Shown: in pieces, positions 58,409 through 64,000 of the stretch
How positions within the stretch are numbered: the first letter of the stretch is position 1
How the letters are laid out: each line of letters starts with the position of its first letter
Origin: Dehalococcoidia bacterium
Lineage (GTDB): Bacteria > Chloroflexota > Dehalococcoidia > Bin125
DNA length: 64,000 nt
Direction of reading: 5' to 3'
NCBI GenBank assembly: GCA_965116225.1
Contig: OZ220495.1
Coordinates: 149,405-213,404 of the forward strand
Notes under the pieces: model-generated
Told to the model about the DNA's origin: nothing
Databases searched by the model: none
The model's input: the letters and a program-made list of their open reading frames with translations, nothing else
Made by a program: the position numbers and the translations under genes

Positions 58409-58966
58409 CGGATCATGCCAATAACATCCAATACAGCTACCGTTATACCGATCGTTGCCTTTGAAATGGCTCACGGCATACCCGAGTCGTTTCGCATCGA
58501 ACCTATTATCGGTCTCCCTGCACTCTTTACAATGCTGTCGTTTAGCAAGATTGACCGCTTTCGAAAGCGGCTGGAAATCGTCAATCGTTACCAGGTTCGC
58601 GTCTGACAGGCGCGGATCATCACGGCGGCCATCCTTATGATCGACTTCAATTTGAGCGCCAACGGCCAGCACGGCGCAACGACGAGACGCCACTTCCCGC
58701 TTGATGTGCGACGGGATTGGTTTCAGGATGGGAGACTTCTTCTTTCCTTGAAGCTCTACACTCACGATCTTATTCCCGCTCTTGTTTCGGCGGACATTGT
58801 ATTCAGCGGCGAGCGCTCCATCATCTCGACACCAACTTCCTCCATTGCCTAGCTGTAACCTTGCATATCTGCCGACAAATTCGGTGATCGGCACGGTGCG
58901 ACTAAAGCCGTCTTCGTCAGGCTCGGCAAGTTCGAGGAACAGTTGCTTAAGTGTAATTCGGGCCAT
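58364..58966 (-). CDS. Putative restriction endonuclease (HNH/Zn-finger-like) partnered with the adjacent methyltransferase
   Basis: Lower-GC gene. His/Cys-rich catalytic-looking segment (EVDHKDG...CKECRETDN...CIGCYWHD). Start overlaps the methyltransferase stop by about 20 nt. Confidence 0.45.
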   Translation of the reverse strand: MARITLKQLFLELAEPDEDGFSRTVPITEFVGRYARLQLGNGGSWCRDDGALAAEYNVRRNKSGNKIVSVELQGKKKSPILKPIPSHIKREVASRRCAVLAVGAQIEVDHKDGRRDDPRLSDANLVTIDDFQPLSKAVNLAKRQHCKECRETDNRFDAKRLGYAVSHFKGNDRYNGSCIGCYWHDPLRFNKEVSASYGIG

Positions 58967-59666
58967 CGTCGATTCTCCGCCTAGCCGCCAAGACGTATTG
59001 TTGATCGATATCACAGCCAGCGAAACGTCGTCCCAGATTCAGCGCGGCGACCGCCGTGGTGCCGCTCCCGACAAAGGGATCGATCACCAGGTTACCCGGC
59101 TTGCTGTGTTTATCGATCAATTCCTCGAACAGCCCTAATGGCTTTTGAGTGGGGTGAATTCGGCGTCCGTTATGACGGGGAATAGGCATCGAGTAGACGC
59201 CGTTGTCGTAACTGCTGTTGAAGGTCGGCTTGCCACCTTTGACGCAATATACCGCTGTTTCTCGGCTGTTCGACAGATACGTCACCTTACTGTTGAGCGG
59301 TACTGGGTTCGTCTTTTGCCAAACGATTTGGCGGAACATTCTAAATCCGGCCGCCTCAAGCGCGCAACGGAGTTCGCCGATCTTCCAGAGGTCATACCAG
59401 ACGATTGCCACTCCACCCATGCGCAACACTCGGTACAGCCCAGCGGCGAAATCGCCCAGATCGATCTCGGCGTGATCCCATTCGCCAAAGTCCATCGAAA
59501 CGGCGAATCGTTGGACACCGTTGCGCACGTTGGCAAAGCCGGTCTCCCGACTGATCGCATAGGGCGGATCGGTGAGCGCAAGATCAACGGATCTCGGAGG
59601 GATACCGACCAAGAAGTCTCGATAATCCGTGCATTCGAGCACTGTCACGCGGTTGATCCTCCGCAA
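58947..59666 (-). CDS. DNA methyltransferase (N6-adenine/N4-cytosine, DPPY type)
   Basis: Motif IV (LALTDPPYAI), motif I-like (DPFVGSGTTAVAA), and RIHPTQKP. Confidence 0.8.
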   Translation of the reverse strand: MRRINRVTVLECTDYRDFLVGIPPRSVDLALTDPPYAISRETGFANVRNGVQRFAVSMDFGEWDHAEIDLGDFAAGLYRVLRMGGVAIVWYDLWKIGELRCALEAAGFRMFRQIVWQKTNPVPLNSKVTYLSNSRETAVYCVKGGKPTFNSSYDNGVYSMPIPRHNGRRIHPTQKPLGLFEELIDKHSKPGNLVIDPFVGSGTTAVAALNLGRRFAGCDIDQQYVLAARRRIDDGPNYT

Positions 59667-59985
59667 TTGAGTCTGAGTCGTTTCCGCGTCATCACACGAG
59701 CAGTCCGCGCCTGCTTTGCAATAGTCTGGCGCGGTCGTTGATTGCGATGACGCGCGAATCCACTCAGGCCAGGTAACCGCGCACGGCTAAGGTCGGCGTG
59801 GTCGAGCTTGCCAAGGGCTGGATACGTCATCCCCGCATCCTCTCTGGAGAGACAGTGTACCCAAATCAGGACAACTATCTACCCTCCTGGTGATCAGGGA
59901 CGGACGCCCGGGCTGGAGGCGCTGATTGCGCGATTGACAGCACAGGACATTCGGCAGGACTAGGATTCAGGGGAAGGAGTCTGCG

Positions 59986-60897
59986 ATGAGCGTGATGATG
60001 GAATCCAACCTCGAGCTGCCCAGATACTCGGGCAAGGTGCGGGACATCTACGATCTCGGAGATCGGCTGCTGCTGGTCGCCACCGACCGCGTGTCGGCGT
60101 TTGACGTCGTGCTGCCGACCGGCATTCCCGACAAAGGCTGCGTGCTGACGCAGATGTCGGCGTTCTGGTTCGACGCCACCGAGTCGGTCGTGCCCAACCA
60201 CATGATCCGCGTGGTCGACTCGACAGACAATCCCGACATCCCGGTCGGGTTGGGCCCTGAGTACATCGGGCGCTCGATGCTGGTGCGTAAGGCGCGGCCG
60301 GTCAAACTCGAGGCGATCGTGCGCGGGTATCTGGCCGGCTCGGGCTGGGCCGAGTATCAGCGCGACGGCAGCGTCTGCGGGATCCCGTTGCCGGGCGGGC
60401 TGAGCGAGTCGGAGCCGCTGCCAAATCCGATCTTCACGCCGTCGACGAAGGCGGAAATCGGCGAGCACGATAAGAACATCAGCTATGAACGGTCGGTGGA
60501 GATCGTCGGCGAGGCAATCGCCAACGCAGTCAGGGTGCGTTCGATGGCGCTCTACACCTACGGCCTCGCGCGGGCGCAGGAAGCAGGGTTTTTTCTCGCC
60601 GACACTAAGTTCGAGTTCGGCATCACCCAGAACGAGCAAGGCGAGGACGAGGTGATCCTGATCGACGAGGCGCTGACACCGGACTCGTCGCGATTCTGGG
60701 ACGCCGAGATTTATCGGCCAGGCCAGTCGCAGCCGTCCTACGACAAGCAGCCGCTGCGCGACTGGCTCGCCTCGACCGGCTGGAACAAGGAGCCGCCCGG
60801 TCCGTCGCTGCCTGACGATGTGGTCGAGCACGTCCGCAGTCGCTACCGCACCGCCTTCGAGCGCGTCAGCGGTCGGCAGCTGATCACGGCCGGCTGA
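59986..60897 (+). CDS. purC: SAICAR synthetase
   Basis: LLLVATDRVSAFDVVLPTGIPDKG... Confidence 0.9.
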   Translation: MSVMMESNLELPRYSGKVRDIYDLGDRLLLVATDRVSAFDVVLPTGIPDKGCVLTQMSAFWFDATESVVPNHMIRVVDSTDNPDIPVGLGPEYIGRSMLVRKARPVKLEAIVRGYLAGSGWAEYQRDGSVCGIPLPGGLSESEPLPNPIFTPSTKAEIGEHDKNISYERSVEIVGEAIANAVRVRSMALYTYGLARAQEAGFFLADTKFEFGITQNEQGEDEVILIDEALTPDSSRFWDAEIYRPGQSQPSYDKQPLRDWLASTGWNKEPPGPSLPDDVVEHVRSRYRTAFERVSGRQLITAG

Positions 60898-60912
60898 GTG
60901 GGATAACGGGAG

Positions 60913-61176
60913 ATGCGTTACCGAGCCGAGATTCATGTCACGCTCAAGCCGACGGTCAACGATCCGCAGGGACTCGCCATCCGCGGCGGGCTGCGCGCGC
61001 TCGGCTACGACGGCGTGGAGACTGTCCGCGCCGGCAAGTTCATCGAGGTCTGGCTGGAAGCGGATTCGCCGGTCGAGGCGCAGCGTCTGGCGGATGAGAT
61101 GTCGGATCGGTTGTTGGCGAATCCGGTGATCGAGGATTACGCTGCCGCGATCATCGAGATCGCGGCAGCGGAGTAA
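60913..61176 (+). CDS. purS: FGAM synthase PurS subunit
   Basis: MRYRAEIHVTLKPTVNDPQG. Confidence 0.85.
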   Translation: MRYRAEIHVTLKPTVNDPQGLAIRGGLRALGYDGVETVRAGKFIEVWLEADSPVEAQRLADEMSDRLLANPVIEDYAAAIIEIAAAE

Positions 61177-61303
61177 GTCTCCACCACTCTCTGTCATTGT
61201 CGTCATTTCCACGTCCTGCGCAGGCATGGCAAGAATAGACACGGGCAACGAGGTTGAGCGCGACCGGGCTGCGTCGCGGGGCGCGGTTGGGTCTGGGTCT
61301 GGT

Positions 61304-61888
61304 CTAGCTCAAGGCACCTTTGGTGCTGGGCGCGCCCACGTCGTCCACGACGCGGGCTGCGTCGCGGAGGCAGCGGGCGAGCGCTTTGAACGCGGCTTCG
61401 GCGATGTGGTGCTCGTTCTGGCCAGCGAGCTGTCGGACGTGGAGTGCGCAGCGCGCCTCGGTCGCGATGGTCTCGAGGATATGCGACACCATGGACGACG
61501 GGAGGGCACCGATGATCGGCGCGGGAAACTCGAGCGCGATCCGCGCATAGGGACGCCCGCTCAGGTCGAGCGCTACGTGGATCAGCGCTTCGTCCAGCGG
61601 CACGGTGCGATCGGCGAATCGGGCAATGCCGGAACGGTCGCCCAGCGCGTCGTTCAGGGCGCGTCCCAAGGCGATGGCGACGTCCTCGGACGTGTGGTGC
61701 GCGTCGACGTGCAGGTCGCCGCTAGCTTCGACGGTGAGGTCGACGCCGCCGTGCCGCGCGAGCTGATGCAGCATATGGTCGAGCATGCCCACGCCGGTGG
61801 CGATCTGCGCCTCGCCATCGCCGTCGAGATTGAGCGACACGCGAATATCGGTCTCGCCGGTGACACGAGTAACGGTCGCTGTGCGCAT
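61304..61888 (-). CDS. hisB: Imidazoleglycerol-phosphate dehydratase
   Basis: MRTATVTRVTGETDIRVSLNLDG...GMLDHMLHQLARHGG. ATG at 61888. Confidence 0.85.
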   Translation of the reverse strand: MRTATVTRVTGETDIRVSLNLDGDGEAQIATGVGMLDHMLHQLARHGGVDLTVEASGDLHVDAHHTSEDVAIALGRALNDALGDRSGIARFADRTVPLDEALIHVALDLSGRPYARIALEFPAPIIGALPSSMVSHILETIATEARCALHVRQLAGQNEHHIAEAAFKALARCLRDAARVVDDVGAPSTKGALS

Positions 61889-62010
61889 AGTTCCACCATG
61901 TCCAGGCATGTTCCCATGCGTTGCCTCATGCCGGGAACACTGTTTAGATTAGCGCGCTGATAGGCTACGGTCCGTTCCGCAATGCGCTCAGGCGAGGTGC
62001 TTGAGCTGCC

Positions 62011-62460
62011 TTGGGCATCGGAGGGTTTGATATAGAGCGGCAGGAACTGATCGCCTTACTCAACGAGGACCTGGCATCCGAATTGGCGGCGATGGTGACC
62101 TACATCGCCTTCGCTGCGCGGGTCGATGGACCGTATCCACCGCGACTGAGCGGTTTCTTCTCCGCCGAGGTCTCTGGCGAACAGGAGCATGCGGTGTACC
62201 TGGCCAACAAGTATTGTCGCGCTCGGCGGCGAGCCGACCACGCGGCCAACCGAGGTGTCGCTCCCGAGGGGCAATCGGGCGATGCTGGAGTATGCCCTGG
62301 AAATATGGAGCGGGCGGCGGCACGCTATGTCGTCCGCGCCCGGCAGGCAGAGGAATTCGGCGACATCGGGCTGAAGCTCTCGTTGGAGGATTTCATCCGC
62401 GATGAATCGGCGCACGTGGAGGAAACCGAGGCGATTCTCAGGCACTGGGGGGACGACTGA
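62011..62460 (+). CDS. Ferritin-like (Dps/bacterioferritin-fold) protein; the central 100 bp reads better in another frame
   Basis: Ferritin-like motifs in frame 1 at the N-terminus (ELAAMVTYIAFAARV...EQEHAVYLANK) and C-terminus (EEFGDIGLKLSLEDFIRDESAHVEETE). The middle matches KIVALGGEPT...LEYALE in frame 2. Confidence 0.55.
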   Translation: MGIGGFDIERQELIALLNEDLASELAAMVTYIAFAARVDGPYPPRLSGFFSAEVSGEQEHAVYLANKYCRARRRADHAANRGVAPEGQSGDAGVCPGNMERAAARYVVRARQAEEFGDIGLKLSLEDFIRDESAHVEETEAILRHWGDD

Positions 62461-63118
62461 TCCGTGACGCAGGGCGCACGGTGGTTCGCTGCTCGATTGC
62501 GTAGAGATCGTCCATCCCGGCCATCCGCTGGATATCGCGGTAGAGTGACATCAGCTCATCGATCCCTCGCCCTGACGTTCCGCCCTCAGCGATGTTCCGA
62601 TAGGCGTCCCGCATCGCGCCATAGGCGGCGACCTGGCCGGTGAGCGGATCGATGAGGAGCGTGAATCCGTGCTGCACCAGTTCGGCGCGGTCGAGCCGAT
62701 CGGCGGGTGCCATCATCGACAGCAGGCCGCCCAGCACTCGACCTGCCTCAGCGATCTGGGCCGGATCACTGGCGAATAGCATCAGTACGTTGGCACCCGC
62801 CTCGCGATAGGCGGCGCAGCGCTCGATCGCGCGCACGGCCCGGGTCGCATGCAGCGCGTCGCCGAATCCGACGCCTCCATCGGCGATCAATGCAATCTCG
62901 GAGCGAGCCGCGATCTGGCGCGTCAGTCCCGTCACCTCCGTGATCGTCAGCAGCGCCTCGGAGACGGCCAGCTGGAAGCCGAATCCGCCGCCGGAGAGAT
63001 AGGCAGCCTCGAAGCCAAGCGACTCGACCAGTCGAGCGGAGAGCGGGTCGAGCGCCACCGGGGCCAGAATGGGCTGTCCAGAACGAACCAGGTTGGCGAA
63101 GCGTCGTCGGTCGGTCAT
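62438..63118 (-). CDS. PEP mutase / isocitrate lyase superfamily protein
   Basis: AAYLSGGGFGFQLAVSEALLTITEV...LIADGGVGFGDALHATR... Confidence 0.7.
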   Translation of the reverse strand: MTDRRRFANLVRSGQPILAPVALDPLSARLVESLGFEAAYLSGGGFGFQLAVSEALLTITEVTGLTRQIAARSEIALIADGGVGFGDALHATRAVRAIERCAAYREAGANVLMLFASDPAQIAEAGRVLGGLLSMMAPADRLDRAELVQHGFTLLIDPLTGQVAAYGAMRDAYRNIAEGGTSGRGIDELMSLYRDIQRMAGMDDLYAIEQRTTVRPASRISRPPSA

Positions 63119-63995
63119 GGCAGTTGTCTTGGTGGTGCGAAACAATAAGCTGATACGAGAAAGATACCGGCTACCAAGTGCCATCAAGTATCGTGAGGAC
63201 ATGGACGATCCAAACACAATCGGAGGCGAGAACGCGGCAATGTTGCGTTATGTCATATCCGCGAGCGCGTTTCTGGAACGGGATTTCGATCCTGGGCACT
63301 CTGGAATCATCTGCGGCGACTCGCTCGAGGTGCTCCCGCATCTACCCGATGATTCCGTCGACCTCATCCACACAAGTCCGCCATACAACATCGAGAAGCC
63401 GTATGCTTCGGGCATCACCGACAAGGCACCACTCTCAGAGTATCTGGAATTTCTGGACTCAGTGATTGGCGAGATCAAGCGAGTCGTGAGGCCTGGGGGA
63501 TCGATCTTTTGGCAAACAGGATACACCCAGTATGATGAAGCAGGGAGCGAGATCGTCCCAATTGATCACCTGAGTCATGTAATGTTCCGTGGTGATCCGC
63601 ATCCAGTCCAGCTGTGGGACCGGATCATCTGGCGCTATTGGGGCGGACACGCATTCACAAAGAAGTTCACGAACAAGCATGAGACTATCATGTGGTGCGT
63701 GAAACCGGGGGCAGAACCGCGGTTCTGCGTAGAAGAGGTGCGCGAGCGGGCCAAGAGCTACGACAAGCGCAACAACTTCTGGGGACGGAATCCGGGGAAC
63801 GTCTGGGATGTGGATCGAGTCGCCTTCGGTAGCAGCGGGCAGACTTCGCATATCGCCGTGTTCCCGGAAGAAGTCACAGAGCGAATTGTTCGAGCGTGTT
63901 CGTCGCCCGACGATTTCGTACTTGACCCTTTCTCGGGAAGCGGTACAGTAGCAAAAGTAGCGCGAGGATTGGGACGCCGCTGGTTAGGCATTTGA
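63117..63995 (+). CDS. DNA methyltransferase (SPPY motif; N4-cytosine/N6-adenine, beta class)
   Basis: Motif IV (DLIHTSPPYN) and motif I-like (DPFSGSGTVAKVA). Start at 63117 or 63201. Confidence 0.75.
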   Translation: MAVVLVVRNNKLIRERYRLPSAIKYREDMDDPNTIGGENAAMLRYVISASAFLERDFDPGHSGIICGDSLEVLPHLPDDSVDLIHTSPPYNIEKPYASGITDKAPLSEYLEFLDSVIGEIKRVVRPGGSIFWQTGYTQYDEAGSEIVPIDHLSHVMFRGDPHPVQLWDRIIWRYWGGHAFTKKFTNKHETIMWCVKPGAEPRFCVEEVRERAKSYDKRNNFWGRNPGNVWDVDRVAFGSSGQTSHIAVFPEEVTERIVRACSSPDDFVLDPFSGSGTVAKVARGLGRRWLGI

Positions 63996-64000
63996 GATTT

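Noticed and set aside
59667-59985. Purine or ZTP riboswitch upstream of purC
   Set aside because: I looked for the conserved cores (purine riboswitch junction motifs; ZTP GGGUCGUGAC...CCGGGC...CGCCUGGGC) and did not find them. The region more likely carries the promoter left after the R-M insertion.
61177-61303. ncRNA between convergent purS and hisB
   Set aside because: Only a 10-bp palindrome (cctgcgcagg) is present. This fits a bidirectional terminator, and there is nothing more specific.

Overview
High-GC (~68-70%) bacterial chromosomal window; the phylum cannot be determined from sequence alone.

Housekeeping content:
- A 3' fragment of serA, followed by a DUF1015 gene.
- A long conserved block at 43-64 kb: sppA, hflX, an LL-DAP-type aminotransferase, dapF, miaA, tpiA, pgk, rpiB, tsaC, guaA, purD, purB, purC, purS, hisB.
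- A fatty-acid/oxidoreductase cluster at 36-42 kb.

Accessory content between these blocks is more interesting:
- Three full-length paralogues (2698-5178, 6870-9354, 23306-25845, all minus strand) encode ~830-aa secreted Big_1/invasin-like proteins. A fourth copy at 22.2-22.5 kb is decayed.
- Every paralogue has a 10-13 nt poly-G tract inside the signal-peptide coding region, with a different length in each copy. The Shine-Dalgarno-linked start codon is out of frame in all three; only copy 1 is rescued, by a secondary ATG.
- Two copies carry a second poly-G tract in a conserved promoter-like 5' region. All share a conserved 3' hairpin, and the central protein domain is hypervariable. This looks like a slipped-strand phase-variable, mosaic surface-protein family.
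- Neighbouring surface-protein genes: an NPDANG 30-bp tandem-repeat protein, a protein with three tandem FN3 pairs plus two Calx-beta-like domains, and a secreted FN3 protein.
- A 4-kb stretch of decayed repeats and damaged DUF1640-like genes sits around 19.3-23.2 kb.
- An AT-rich single-gene island (30.8-32.4 kb) carries an orphan 541-aa coiled-coil protein beside a methyltransferase remnant.
- A restriction-modification insertion lies between purB and purC, with a truncated methyltransferase stub.
- A C12 tract sits in the promoter of a DinB-like gene.

No rRNA, tRNA or CRISPR was found. Coordinates derived by hand may be off by 1-2 nt.
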